Below, one piece after another: positions 1 to 15,449 of a stretch of 64,000 nt of DNA. The position numbers and the translations under genes were made by a program. Where the stretch lies: positions 5,215,700 to 5,279,699 of the forward strand of contig CAJINV010000003.1 of NCBI GenBank assembly GCA_905178155.1. The letters run 5' to 3'. The notes under the pieces were generated by a model. The model was not told the DNA's origin. It ran no database searches and worked only from the letters and a program-made list of their open reading frames with translations. Origin of the DNA: Amoebophrya sp. A120. Lineage: Eukaryota > Protista > Dinoflagellata. Numbering within the stretch: position 1 is the first letter of the stretch; each line of letters begins with the position of its first letter.

Positions 1-708
1 CTACTTGTCGCAGTCGTGTTGGCTGAAAGAGGACGGACTCACGAGAGACTTCATCGCGGGCGTGCGCATCTACTTCGAAACCCAGGTACTTTTATTCTTT
101 TCCGATGGAAGGCCATGCATACAGTTTTTTTCTGTTTTCTGTTCTAGTTGCTTTCCGCTGTATCTTCATGAGGCGAGCTACTGTTCCCCTGAAGTGAGGA
201 CCGACCCATGGAACCGACTAGCTACGATACACGCACACATGTGGTAAATACAAACTTTTCTCATCGGCGATCTTACTCAACACTTAGGCACCTACGCCGG
301 AAGGCACTGCGCAAGGACGGCCCTTCGTACAGATCCGGCCCTACCGCCTGTCGTTGAAGGTGTGGCGTCCCGACCAACAAGTGTGCACTACGGAAGACTT
401 GCTAGATCTCATATTTCGCCGTATGGCAAAGTCAGCTTGAAGGATTGGAGAGCGTAGTACCGTAGACACAAATAAGAAGTCGCTGTTAGATGATGAAGGC
501 TTGCTAGAAGCACTTGCGCCAGCACTGCATGCAGAGACTCCTTGACGTTTCTTCCAAACATGGACGATACGAAGGATCGATCATCGTCATGCGGTTTCTG
601 AGTTCCAAGAAAATGGAAAATTGCGTGAAATTGCAGAGCAGCGGATCGATGCAGAAGCGGCGGCGCATTGCCAGAGACGCGCTCTACTCAGGCCCTGATA
701 AGTATTGA
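1..708 (+). CDS. 3' part of an unidentified intron-containing gene (partial)
   Basis: GC-rich coding-like sequence to about 85, then cag|gtactt donor and a T-rich intron; terminal ORF piece 514-708. No recognisable domain. Confidence 0.3.
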
Positions 709-1347
709 GCCGAGATGTTGATGAAGCTGTTGCACCTCTCTGCTTTATTTGGCACCAGATCCAGATATTTGGAAGCGATCAATAGTAAACAAAATGTCCG
801 ACTCGTCAATGAGCGCTCGTTTTTCCTCTCGCGCAGATCATTGTGGTGCAGACCTGACGGGATTGCCCGGACGATTCAGAAGAGAGCAACGAATTCTAGA
901 TCCACTTTTTTTCTCTCTGTAAGTTTTGTTGTTGGTACAATGTTCTCGGACCCCAGCAAGAACCCCAGAACTCAGAAAAAAGAGTAACATGCCTGACATA
1001 GTTTTTTTACTTAGTGGACACACTTCTAGAAGCTGCTGTGTAGTAGAGTATTCCGCCAACATTTGCCTACAACAATATTTGGTTCCAACTCCAAGCGTCT
1101 GACTCCTGCATCTTACATAGGTGGTCGCACGTTTGTCATGTCTAGTTCCTCGAGTCCAAGTGGCACTGCGCGCGTCCGGATGCAGATAGAGGAGGCAGTT
1201 TTGCGGCGATGACGACGAGCGGAAGGGCAACGCGGATGGTGCACATCCCGTCGATGTAGCAGGTTGGAGCGGTTTGTTCTACCGCGGTAGACATGTGGCT
1301 TAGACACCGGTCGGGGCAGCCTTCCAGTTTCTCGTTCTCCTCTGTTG

Positions 1348-4254
1348 ATGTCCCTCTCGCAGTTGAATCGGACGCTGCAGCCGGGTGCGCTGGAATGGCG
1401 GCGCCTGTCGCAGGTATCCGGGGGCGCCTCGTCCCCGAACTCTGTCGCGTGGTGTGCCTCGCGAGACCTGCTGGCGCTCATGACCGACACTGTCGTGCAA
1501 ATCCTGGATGTGTCGGAATACCTCTCGACCGAGGGGGCGCCCGAGGCAAAGTGCAAGATCGTCATCGAAAACTACTGCCCCCGCGGAAAGCGCAAGGTAT
1601 CGATACGTTTTGTTGAGTACTGCCAAGAAAGTAGAACTTCTTTCTTTCCACCCAATCATGCGCCGTACTTTTGCCGCCCGTAACCCGAAAGAACAAACGC
1701 ACTCGAAGATTTTGCTGCACTCAACTTTTTGACCTCTCTACTTCAGGTGATCACGCCAGCCCAAGCCGTGCGACTGCGCCGCGATGCGAAGCTCAGCCAA
1801 GCGGCTTTGCTGCAGCACGCCCTGCTTTCACAGCAGACGAAGTCGCATTTCACCTCTATAGCATGGGACGATCATACGAGTACCAGTTCTTCCCTGAACA
1901 AGCCAGGCGGCATTCAGGTGGGGCCGGGATCGAGTCCGGCCGGTGCGGCAGACGCCATGAAACGGCGGCGGGCTGCTCCGGCCACGAGCAAGGGGGCCAA
2001 GGCGAGTCCGGGAAAGACTTGCAACACCGGCGAAGAGGACGAAATGGACCAAACGGAATCCGGGGTGCTGGTACCGAAGAGCGACGGCGCATTCATCGAC
2101 GCCCGCCTCGCGGTCACCACCAGTTGCGGAAAGGTTCTCATTTTCGGAATCTCGGAGGTGTGGTCCGGACCGTACGACGTTCACTTGCTGCACCGCATCG
2201 AACCGCAGCTCGTACCGCAGCTGAAACAAGATCGCCACATGGTGTGTCCGGATCACACTTGCTGCGCGTTCGCAGCGGACCGTCAGTGCTTTTTCACGTC
2301 CTTTCACAACCACGTTCTCCGATGGGACCTTTCCACTACTACGGACACTTCTACGACCAGCACCGCCGCCGAGCAGGAGCATATAATTAGCAAGAACACG
2401 AAACTACAAACGGCGGGTAGCAAAGCGAGCGGCGCGGCCAAAAGCACTGGGTCCGGGGCGAAAAGCAGTAGTGGTGCCGCTAAGAGTAGTAAAGCCGTGG
2501 AGCAAGCACCATCCGCTGACGAGGCCGCTCAGTCCGCCGCGTGTAGTTGTCCGCGACTTGTGAGCAACTTGAAGCTTGTGGATGCAGAAGTGACACGACT
2601 CGCCTGCTGTGGGAACGCGATCGTGATCGGGCTGTCGAGCGGGAGGGTTGTGCATTCCGATACGGACTTCCGCCACTCCCACGTACTGTACCACCCTCGC
2701 AACACGACCAGTCCGGCGTTTTCGGCAAAAGTCGGGCACGACCGTCGCGAGTGCCCTGTACACATGTTGGACTTTCGGTACCCGAACCTCGTCGGTGTGG
2801 CCATCCAGGACAGTTTTCTCGTCTTGCGACAGCAGGGAGGAGAAGAAAAGCAATGGCACGTCATTCTGGAGTACCTGCAAAGCGGAACAATCGTTGGGAT
2901 GCACGTGGAGCCTGATTTTGCTTTGTCGGTGGATGCAGACGCCATCGCATGTTTCTTCTCGCTGAGGGGAAACCGGGAAAAGATGTCATCGTCCTCCACA
3001 CCGCAGGATGTTGACAAGGCCGGCCACCCGTCAACCAGTGCAGTTAGTAGCAGCGTGGCGGGAACGGGATCCCCCGCACGGAGGAAGATGTCGTTCGGGG
3101 GCAAGGAAAAGATGAAACGCCCCAAGGCAGCTGCAGACGAGGAGAACGGCAACGAAGGAAAGCAAGACGTTCACAACTTCACCGTTGTTGACAACCGACG
3201 GGCAAGTGCTAATGACAACATTTCCGTCACGGTAGGGCCACCCGCGTACTTTCGCACCGTGCCAGAGCCTGCGGAGCCCGTTCCGCAACCGGGGCAACTA
3301 CCGGTGTATCGTCCTGTGGTCGAGCTTGTGTTGCCCTGCTGCGGTGCGGCGTTTTCTCCGGGCCGCCGGGTGCTCGCCTCCGTCGCCACCGCCACTCCCG
3401 AGCACAGCAGCTCCTACCGACGGCTGCAAAGCAGCTTTGGTACCCACACGGAACTATGGTTGTGCGGACTCCCGCATGATCTGTTGGACCGCGGCAAAAC
3501 CACAGCGTACGCCTCCGAAGCAGGTCAAGAGAGCATTGGCACGGTCGTCACGCTGGAGCGAGGGCGTCTGGCGGAAGAGGCAGCCGGGGAGCCGTTCGAA
3601 AAGCGAGCCGGAGCCGAGCAGCTGGCCACCATTTCGGATTTGTGCGAGGTTTTCTGCGACTTCCTCCGTAGTGGCGGAGAGCGTTCGGTACGTGTCAACG
3701 AGCTCAGTTACAACGCCTTGCGTCACGAAATTTCCTGCAGCACGCGACTCTCTGCCTTTGAGTGGAAGATACTGGAGACGCTGCACGACGCGTCCAGCAG
3801 TGCGGTAGCTTCAGAGGACTCAACAGCGTTTCCATGCTTTCTCCACGGCTGGACGGACTTTCGAGGTCAAGTGGAAAACGCAGTGCGCATATTTGCGGAA
3901 CGCGTCTGGAAGGCCTGCACCACGGAGCCGGCGCTTGTGGAAGGGGCGGAGGAGTTCGCGCAGGAGCAAGAAGAGTTGTTGGCGAAGCGAAAGGCTCCCG
4001 GGCCGGCGGTTGACTTTTGGTGCTGGATCTGCAATCGAGCCAGGAGGCTGCAGCCGGACGTCACAGGAGAATGGTTTGTCTGCCCGGGTGGCCATCAGAC
4101 GCCGCGGTGTCAGCGTGGTGGAGACCCCATAGGCCCAGGCACCCACGTGGAGCGGTGTGGCACGTGCCAACGCATGTCGCGTCTGGCCCGCAGTACCGCC
4201 ACACTGCGGCCGTGCTATTACTGTTTGAGTAAAACGCGACACTGCCTCGTATAA
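1348..4254 (+). CDS. Putative TFIIIC subunit (GTF3C4/tau60-like): N-terminal beta-propeller-like region and C-terminal zinc ribbon
   Basis: Exons 1348-1596 and 1747-4254 join in frame across a GT-AG intron at 1597-1746. N-terminus PNSVAWCASRDLLALMT resembles the TFIIIC_delta start. C-terminus CWIC..CPGGH..RC..CGTC..CYYC resembles zf-TFIIIC. Family assigned by motif recall only. Confidence 0.55.
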
Positions 4255-4664
4255 TGATGGATAAGAAAGCACTTCTTTCTCTTGATCGATAGCGCAACGC
4301 GGACAAAGTACTAAAAGACAAGCACTCACGGAAGCGACTACTACATTGATAGTATGATCTAGGAGCGTGACGCAGATTGACATCGTGCACTCTGCAATTC
4401 TGCGTTAATGCGGCAATTGTTCAATCTCATCGTTTATACAAAGCCGCGGACCCAGCGCTGTCCGCTCGTATGCATTCGGTAATGGGGTGATCATCTATCA
4501 TGTTGGACTTTGCAACAGGAAGGTTGGGTCGTGGAAAACGAAGTACTTGTTGTTTGGCCAAATCTCGTTCATTGTGACCGCTCGTGGCACATCGCGCGTA
4601 GAGCGCAGCGTATACCGAAGGATTGCTTGCGTGTTTATTTGGAACCTGTCTGTCTCAAGACAAA

Positions 4665-7376
4665 ATGGGAAAGGACCCTGCAGGTGTGCGGGTGATGCAG
4701 TGGAACTTGCTGGCGACGGGTTTGCACACAGACGGGTTCGTCAAGGGCGATATGTTTGAAAGCGTTGCGGAATTGACGGAGCATCTGCACTTGACGAAGG
4801 ACTACAAGGCTCGACTGATGTCCGCAGGGGTGGATTTGGATCTGATGAAGCCGATGCAGCATCTCCTCAACCTATTCTTGTTTTCAGATGGCGTGCCACT
4901 CACTGAATTACCAGCGGCGTTACAATACGGCGCTGAAGGCCTCTCTGACAAGTTTCGCGGCGTCCCAGTGGAGGACTTCTATGCCTTTAGCGACGTTCCT
5001 GCGCGACGGACTGTGTGCGACCAAGCAGCGTTGTATGAACGAATGTGGAAGCCCCTGGCGGATTTTTTCGAGCAGGGATTGTATGTCGGGAAAACGCTTC
5101 CTTGCTTCATTTGACTGGAAGACCGCAATCACATGCGGGAAACAGGCCCGTAGTGGTCGTTTGCTCTGTAAGTAGTACACACAGGCTCAGCATGTACATT
5201 AAGTCGATGCATGTCACTTTCTTATTCGTCGCCAACCGGGAAGGGGAGTGCGTCTGCGTAGCGTGTCCCTGGCTTCCAAAGAAGAGCAAAAGCGTTGACA
5301 CCGATACTGCAGCCAGTGCGCTGGTGGAAGAATCGATCGAGACAATCTGGAGCAAGTACATCTCCCCGGAAAAGGCGCTGCACCCGTACGACGTGGTTCG
5401 TACAGTGTGCGACTTCTTCCGAGAACGATTTGCCAATCAGCAGGAAGCAATGCCTAACACCGCGGAATCTAACGCAGAAGCCGGCACCAGCGCACATCTC
5501 GCGGAGGTAAAAGTGGCCGTCCTTCCGGCGCCACAAGGGGAGGATCCGAGGGAGCTGAGTGGCGCGCTTGCAGACGGAGATGTGCCACCTAGTAGCACAG
5601 ATCCACTTTCGCTGTTGCGGAAATACCGGCGCGCATTTGAGCAGCTTCAACCGTCAGCTGATGCACTGTCAAGTAGCAGCGAAGGTCTACGTGCAGAGTG
5701 CGAAGCTCCCCGGGGGCGCAACGCGCAGTTGACACGGCTGGTCGCAGCGTTTGTGCCTGACGTGCTGACACTACAGGAGGTAGCGGTGGATCAGTACTTT
5801 TGCCTCACACGTATGCAAAACGGAGTCTACTTTCCGCTCTGGGAGCAGGACAGCAGGGACACGGATGATAGCAGGTGGCACGAAAAATGGAGCTGCCTCG
5901 TCCACCAGTACGCAAGTACAGGAGCCGCTCGTATGAACCGGAGCAACGGCGCCACATCTGCAGACATCTGCAGTTACTATACTGAATCAGAAGGCTCGAC
6001 TCGCGGAAAACATACACCAGTGCATGCCATAGCTGTAGTTTGCTTCCGCGGGAAGAATGCATGAGCTCACTCCTCACAGGGCAGTCTCTTTGTAGCCTTG
6101 AAACCTAAGGTTAACACGCGTGATGAAGTTCTGGCTGATTTCCCGTTGTACATTGAAGCAGCGAGATGTCGGATGGTTAAACGCGAACCTCTTCGGCAAC
6201 CACCCGTACCGCGTACGCAAGGTGGGAGTCAGCGTTTGCGGGGTCGCTGTGCTGGTCAATAGGCACCGATTTAGACTGCGCTCGGGAAAGGCACTGGGAA
6301 GCAGCGACGAGCAACGGTTTGCGTACGCAGCTACGATAGCTCCTTGTGACGAGCGTGTAACGGACGGAGATATCCACGAGGACGCGGCGTTCACGGTCTG
6401 TGCTGCACATCTGAAATCAGGAAAAGCTGTTGACGATCGTACGAAGCAAATCTTCGATATATGTGACAGCCTTGAGGCGTTTGCTATGCACGGCGACGTC
6501 GTCCTTGGCATGGATGGCAACTACGGTATGGGCAGAAGCAGGTGCTGTGAGTCAGTCTCGTTGCGGAATCTGAAATGAAATTCAACCAGGCTTGCGCAAC
6601 TTACGATAGCGGCCCGCGATCTGGTTGTAGGCAGGAAAAAATATGACCGCTCTCCTTGGACGAAATCCGCACAAAGACTGAATTTTTTTCTGGGTTTCCT
6701 TTCATATACGACCAGGAGCTCGGTGGATGCAATTACGATAATGGTATGTAGTGAGGTCAACGTATATTTTTGTTTCGTGCGTTAATACTCACAAGCACTT
6801 TCATTTCATGCTGTAGTGTTTCTTGAACATTGTCAAATTGTGTTGACTGCAGATACGGAGGCAGAATCGGGGGGCTGGGCGCGTCTTCGTTCTCTTGGCT
6901 ACTGCAACTACCTGGACGAGCTGAGGCAGTCTCAGCGTTATGGATCACAGGAAGAGCTCCTGACGGAGCGACTGCATGCAGTAACGGTAAACAAGATGCG
7001 TGGCATGTTCTCTGTGCAAGTAGCGAAGTGGGGATGCTATTCGTTGCGAAACATTGACTACCTGATGCTGCGTTCTCGCCCGGGAGAGGACCAAGGGCTA
7101 CGAATGTCGTATGTTGTTAACGCGCGGGAGCTTCAGGTATACGACAAGGAAAGCACGCTGAGGCAAATATCCGAGGATACGTCGATCGAGACCATCTTGG
7201 CGTTAGATGATCGTGTTGCGCGACCATTCATTCCAAGCATGATGCCGAGCGGATCGAATCCATCGGACCACAGACCAGTCGTGGTGCAACTGCAAAGACA
7301 GAGTTCGAGCAATCACAGTGGTTCGTCGCCGTGGTGGTGCTGTACTAACCGTGCGGCCAAGGGGAGGAAATCCTGA
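4665..7376 (+). CDS. Endonuclease/exonuclease/phosphatase (EEP) family protein, nocturnin/CCR4-like
   Basis: Ordered EEP motifs across 4 exons: VMQWNLLA, PDVLTLQEV, GVAVLVN, CAAHLKSG, VLGMDGN, NIDYLML, PSDHRPV. Intron 6526-6852 is GT-AG and in frame; the other junctions were not resolved. Confidence 0.85.
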
Positions 7377-8107
7377 CAGGGAGTCCCTGTTCGATTGTGC
7401 GGCGTGGACGAGGTGCAATGTGACGCTAATCACACCGGCGACGGCGCATCTCGCCATGCGGCGAGAACCGTGGCTAGATGCGTGGTTCGGAATAGCGAAG
7501 ATAGGTAAGGTGCAAGGTCAGCAAGGAAGAAATCGTGATTTGTGTGTGAAATTTCTGCCAGCTGGATTTCGTAGGAAGGGAGCAGCCACATAAAGTTCTG
7601 ATGTCTTCGCCCGTAGGATGAAAGTAAGTAAGTACTTAAGCATTTCATACGTAAGTGCAGTTTTCAGTCAGCCCACCATAAGTGGTTGCATCGAGGCGTA
7701 CTAACATTGAAGTAATACCTACATACAGAGATATTCCTCGTGTTGGTTCGAGACAGGGAATGTGGTCGGTTCGTCATGTTGTTCCTTGGGTGAAACCTAG
7801 AAATGCAATCTTCACGTGTGATCGAGCGGGCGAATGATCTGCAACATACGTCAAGGGAATCTGAAACGTGAGTCAACATCTTTTTCCAGAGTTGCTGCGA
7901 AAAAAACATTGGGGTAAAAGAGCGAATTTTTCAATCAGAGGCAAAGTCATGCTAAGCCGCCAACTTTGAAGAGCGTCCTCCTCTTGCTAGATAACGACAA
8001 ACAATTTTCCTCATGATCATCTGCCACCTGTTTCAATCCTGCTTTCTCTTTCCACAAAATTAGGGAAATCTTGTTTTTCTTTGGAAAACACAAAAAACTC
8101 GTCCAAC

Positions 8108-8200
8108 ATGGCCAAGATGATGAAGATGATGGCTGCCGCCCCGGCCCCGGTCATGAAGAAGATGTCCATGAAGAAGATGATGGCCATGAAGAAGAAGTAA
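8108..8200 (+). CDS. 30-aa Met/Lys/Ala-rich micro-protein MAKMMKMMAAAPAPVMKKMSMKKMMAMKKK
   Basis: Short ORF in AT-rich flanks with the codon bias of alpha-tubulin (all Lys AAG; GCC, CCG, GTC, TCC), an A/C-rich leader and an upstream pyrimidine tract. Below the ORF-track size cutoff. Confidence 0.7.
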   Translation: MAKMMKMMAAAPAPVMKKMSMKKMMAMKKK

Positions 8201-8814
8201 GTCATCAACTCCTGCAGGATATCACCACAATGATTTCCCTATGCAGATGAGCGAGAGCTCGCGTGTCGTGGTGGATCCACGCATGCTTGAGCGAATCTCG
8301 CCGAAAATTTGGTCTTCTATCGTAGGTACGTTCTACGACGCGTAGTCCAAATAGAAAAAAGCCATACGGTGCCTGGCGGACGCACCATGTTGTATCTCAT
8401 TGCGAAAAGTGTTCCTGTTGAACGTAGTTCAGTGCATCGTAATCGTCCGTCCAACACACCATGCGATTATTCATGTCCCGTACGTGTGAGTGGGATCTAC
8501 AAACGTTGTTTTACTGCGTAACGTTCGTGAAGTAAATGTGGAAGATGATGTGATACGTGTTGTACGTTGTAATTTTGAGGAAACTGTGTCTTGGCTGAGG
8601 CGAAAAGATCATAATTGTTATTGATGTACACATGGCATTACCCCACACTTTTTGCTATTTCCTCTCCCCCTACTCTCGTGATTTCTACCCGTAACTTCAA
8701 TTTTGGCTGTGCAATAATTTTCATTCAACCCAAAAACCGTAGGAATCGTTTTTGTAGGAGAGAGTCGTTCGGTCGACTTGTCTTGCATATAAAACTTTCC
8801 ACCCACTTTTCAAA

Positions 8815-10521
<1,707 letters not shown>

Positions 10522-11384
10522 GTCGCCTGAAGGACTTCTTCAGTTGTTGTCGAAGATAGTCTTTTTCCTCTCCACCTTCGGGTGAGGGCTAAATAAAAAG
10601 ATTGTTTAGTCTTTGCATGGAAACTGCAGTTCGACAATATCAAATTTTTCGGTTTAGATCAGCATCTTCGAAAATATGGTCTGTGAATGACCAATATCCA
10701 CCGATGTAGTTATGATATTCAGCGAGGCGACTCTTGGATGTTATAATGCTTTAACCATCCGACTGGATTGGCATTCCTTTCCATGGAGCTGAATCTGTAA
10801 ACCGTAGTAAGGAACTGATCAATGTGTCAGACAGAAAGTAAAAGCGTGCGCTTCCTTCGCAGTCCAGTGCCGACTAGCATTATTTTACTTTTAAAAGTTG
10901 TGTTGTTCAGAATGTCGCAGAGTTCGGTCACTATCAGAACGTTGATTGAGGAAAGGTCTTCCGAGGAGGCGGGCTTCGGCGCGATCCTCATGAAAACTAG
11001 CTCGGTCTTTCTGCTCTCCTTAAAAAAGCAAAATCGTCATGTCAGCGCATCGGTCTGATCGTTCGTTGTGGCAATAAGTATGTGAGCACCAAAGACTAGC
11101 CCATATTGGTCAAGAATGCTAGTAATACTGCACTCTAGCAAGTGTTTGAAATCGCATACGTGTGACGCACGACGTTAAATCACTTAGGAGGCTTTGTCTT
11201 AGTGTGGTGCTTCCGATGAAAACGTTGAAGTGGAATTTACTGACTAAAGAGAACATTTTATACTAGACTGTTTTGCGGCGCGATTTACATTGATTCTCGG
11301 GCTGTCCTGCGCCGGGTTCGCTAATTTAGATGCTACTTAAGAGTTTGTTCCAGCTATGTGACCACACTAGTTCTGCATAGCAAA

Positions 11385-14300
11385 ATGAGCATGGAGGGCG
11401 GGACTGCGACATCTTCGGCGCCGCCGAAGAAAGAACCGCCAGGGGAAGACGAGGCGCGTCAGAAGTTGTGGTCCATCACCACAGAATACGAAAACCTGCT
11501 GCAGGTACAGAACCAGCATTTCGAGTCCGTTCTCGCGACGAAGGATAAAGTCATTGACCAGTTAAAAGCTGGGAAGCCGCCGTACGACTTTTCCGACCCT
11601 GGCGTTGTTAGTGTTGCTGTGGAGGAGCGGGATCGCGAGATACGGCTCTACAAATGCCTGCTGGAGATCCGCGACAAGCAGGTACCCGATATTTTCGCTG
11701 CGCCGCTGCATCATGTCGCATTTTGTCGTCTTGGACGAGCGGCTAACGATATTTTTGAATCCGCATATCCTTCTACCAACTACTACAGCTTATGGAGCTT
11801 CAACACGTCATCGATTATGGCGCTGGAACGGCAACTCCGGGCGACATGTCGGACCTTGCTTCCGAGAAAAACGCACAGATACAAACGCTCATGGATACGT
11901 AAAAGGACACGCTTTAATGAGGTCGCATCGGGTCACACACTTCATATGCATGTCGAAAGAGCTCCAATTTCTCTTCACTTCGCTTAAACTGCGAGTGGTC
12001 AACATTGCATGTCAATCTCATTGACTGAAGCTGATGGTGTCAGTTTTGTTCCATAGCGGATGAATTGCAAGTGCTACGGGAAGAAGTCTTGCAGATGGTA
12101 CTCTTTGTCATTACCTTCTACACTTCGCGTTGCGCCATGTGCTTGTGCTCCGGGTGATGTTGCGCAGTATTAGCGAGAAGACGCAGTTCTGCGAATCCTC
12201 ACAACAGTTAGACATTTTGCTCAACAGAAATCATCGTCGTCCGCCCGTGGGCCAGTAGCGGGTGTCACGACGAGCACCAGCGATGAGCTACAACAGCTAC
12301 GGAAGGAGAAAGAAGATCTCGAGAAGATCGTGCTGCAAAAAGAAAAGCAAATCCAGGCCATCAGTACAATAGACACCACCAACAACGACATCAGTGCGCT
12401 GCAGCTAGGTGTGTACGATGTTTAGGCAGTTTGCTTGATCGTTGGGCATGCATGATGTTGACTATTTGTGTTTTGCACCGTTGCGCATCTTGAATCACCC
12501 AAACCAAAGGCGCGCGTGCGATTTCCATGTACACGGAAGCGATGCAGATGCGACAGGAAATCAAAGACCGAGATGGCACGATTGCAAGCCAGGGACAGGA
12601 GATCGCAGACTTGGAACTCAGAGTATGACGAGGCAGAATTGTGTCGAAGTACAATCGGCAGCCGCATTTACATACCGCGTTCGCGGTGTAACAAGGATAA
12701 CAAGGCTAGTACAAGACCTATGTTCATGCAGTAAGATTGTTCAGCTAGCGGAAAATTGGAATATCTTGACACTGAGCTCCCTGTCATATCCTGACCAGCA
12801 GCGTCAAACCGAGTTGGAGCAAAAGCGCGGTGAAATAGGTGATATGACGAAGGTGATAGCAGAAAAAACCCGGCGCGTCCTGGAACTGGAGAACGCATTA
12901 CAGGCCGCTCGACAGGATGTGGCAGACAAGACTCGTGAAATCGAGGGGCTGTACTGAAGTTTTTTTCGTTTCGCCAAACCTCCGCACGCCCTCCCCTAGT
13001 GCAGGATAAATGATGATGATGATGTTTCCCATTCGTTTTTTTCTCGCTTGCTTAGGTTCTTCTCATCTGTGCGATGCGCTCCTGCGGAATACTTTGCTTG
13101 CGTTATGATCTTCTATGTGCCACAACCTTCTTTTTGCAGGTGCGACGCGGTGGAGCAGGCACGCAAAAACACGCTTGCAGAACAGGGTGCATATGCAGAT
13201 TGAATCTTCCATCAGTGCATTGTGCTATTGAGCTTCTGCGTTTCTACTTGTCAGCAGAAAAGCACTCGCATTCGCAGCATTGCCACCGAGCATCATCTCA
13301 CCAGCATACCTTGATCTGGGCGACTGTCATCCCACCGTCCCAAGCTATGAAAGACAAGTGCAAAACTGCAGACTCACACACGTCATGAGATGGAAGGTTT
13401 TGCTCTGAAACGGAAAAGAATCGAATCATCGAGGAACTGCGAGAGGAGCTTTCCATCCGGGACCGAACTATTTTAGAGGAGCGCGCCGAGCGCGTCCGTA
13501 TGGAGACGCTAAACGAGGAACTGCAGGGCAAGTCGGGTGAGACACTCCAGCAGCTCAAGGAAGCACAGTCGACCATGGACCAAATGATGGCACATACGCA
13601 GTATCAAGGTCAGCTCGTGCGCGACATGACAAGTCAGGTACTTCTGATCTACATGCGGATAAGTAATTGGTCGCCACCGACAACCGCGCAGTTGCAGGAG
13701 TCGGTGGTCTGGCGACAGTGACGGGCCCGCTCGTTCGGCAAGGTCGATCAGAATACAAACCAAACACAATTTTTTTGTCAGGTGCAAGAGTCGGAGGCGA
13801 AGCTACACACGCTGCAAGTGCAAGAGATGTATGAGAAACGGCGGCGTGTCCTGGAGGAAAAGATTCGCGAGCAGGAGACCGCCGAAGTACTGCAGAGCAA
13901 GGACATTTTGCTCAATCAGGTGTCTCTCGAGTTGAACGAAACGCGGGAACGGCTCGGAAACATACGGCGCGATCTCGAACCGGCCAACGCAGCGCTCAAC
14001 CGGTCGTTGTTGGGCGGTACCACCAAGGTGAACCTGCATATGAGCACGCGGTCTCAGGCGGCGTCGGAATTCTCGCCCGCCGCCGGCAACCGCACAGGGC
14101 CGAGCAATTCCCCACAAGCACAGCTGCTGCCGCAACCTGCCCAGGTCCTAGGTCCGGGCGACGAGACCCAGCGGCAGCTAGTTGCCGCGCTACAGCCGAA
14201 TCCGGCCACCCTTCCCAGCGCAATTTCGCTGCTGGGAACCACGCAGGAACAACCGAACCTGAGCACGCTGTCGATGGAGGAGGAGCAAGTTCAGTACCAG

Positions 14301-14561
14301 CCGTATCCGGACGATTTGCTAGATGCCCAGCTGGCAAACTACTTGCTGGAGAACCCGAAGCATGTGCCGCTCTTTTGCCGTCTCTCGCACGGACAGTACC
14401 TCTACGGCACACACCGCGTCAGCATGCGGCTCCAGGAGCGGGCAGACAACCAGCGCGTCATCGAGGCTTTGGGCAGCGGCGGCAACTGGGTTCTCCTAGA
14501 GGAGCTGCTCCGAGACAAGCTGGGTCAAGCGCAAATGTTGTATAACAGCCAACAAGCCTGA
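11385..14561 (+). CDS. Coiled-coil protein with C-terminal GAS2/GAR-like microtubule-binding domain
   Basis: Several heptad-rich exons (11385-11681, about 12230-12410, 12545-12650, 12797-12950, 13415-13637, 13782-14561). C-terminal DLLDAQLANY..FCRLSHGQYLYGTHRV..GSGGNWVLLEELL resembles GAR. Some junctions unresolved or non-canonical. Confidence 0.7.
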
Positions 14562-15449
14562 AGTTGACCAGTATTGGCGGACGTCGCTTCTCGCTGGCGA
14601 TAGGAATTATTCGAATAGTTGTACTCGCAAGACGAGAAACGGAAACTTGAAACTGAAACATCTGATGCATGGAAAAAGCACACGCAAGAGAATTTATCAA
14701 AATGCAATTTCGTGTTGCGCAAGTAGTGCGCATGCACAGAGAATGGTTGTTGTAAGTATTTTCAATTTGCAATAAAAAATCCGATTGTAGTGAACTTCGC
14801 TGCATCCGCATCGGTAGAGACAGAGAAAAGTTTTTAGTGTAATCAAGGCAAAGGTCCGTCTTTGTCAGTAAGTATTCAGAAAACAAGGTGCACAGATCTG
14901 GTAAATTTTTTTTTACGAAATGTAATTGAACCGACTTTCTGGTTAAAATGGATAGTCGCGTTCGCAACGAACAATGGCCTGGGATTGAAGACGCAGGTCC
15001 ACATAATTGTACCAACTACTTGTTAATTTAACTTTTTTTCACCAACAGAAAGACCAAACCATCTTGTATTGAACCTTTTGTCCCCATTTCTCCCCGACAT
15101 CGTGCCTTCTGGACACCCGTACTCGTGTGGCCTGGCGCCATGCAACAAAGTTTCCTTTCTGGTAACTGGAGGCACGTGTTTCGCTTGACACCTGCACGAC
15201 AATAAGCGGAGCAGCGAGCGACGAGCGTGCGTCAGCCTAACCAAAACGGTGGACGCATGAGAGGGCAGCAAATCGTGTGTGCTATCACGAGGAGCAATGA
15301 TGAATGCTTCTGAATGATATGTACATTCTTTAATGAGGTAGCTCCGAGAAAACAAGCCTGCGCGTGGTCTGTGCTTGCAGAAGCTTTTTCGCAAGTAGAA
15401 GCAGAGAATTTTACGCGGATGCGTAAGAGCGTGCATTGATTGTGTGACA

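Noticed and set aside
8698-8710. SL-like caattttggct upstream of tubulin
   Set aside because: Short match lacking CAAG; compatible with chance.
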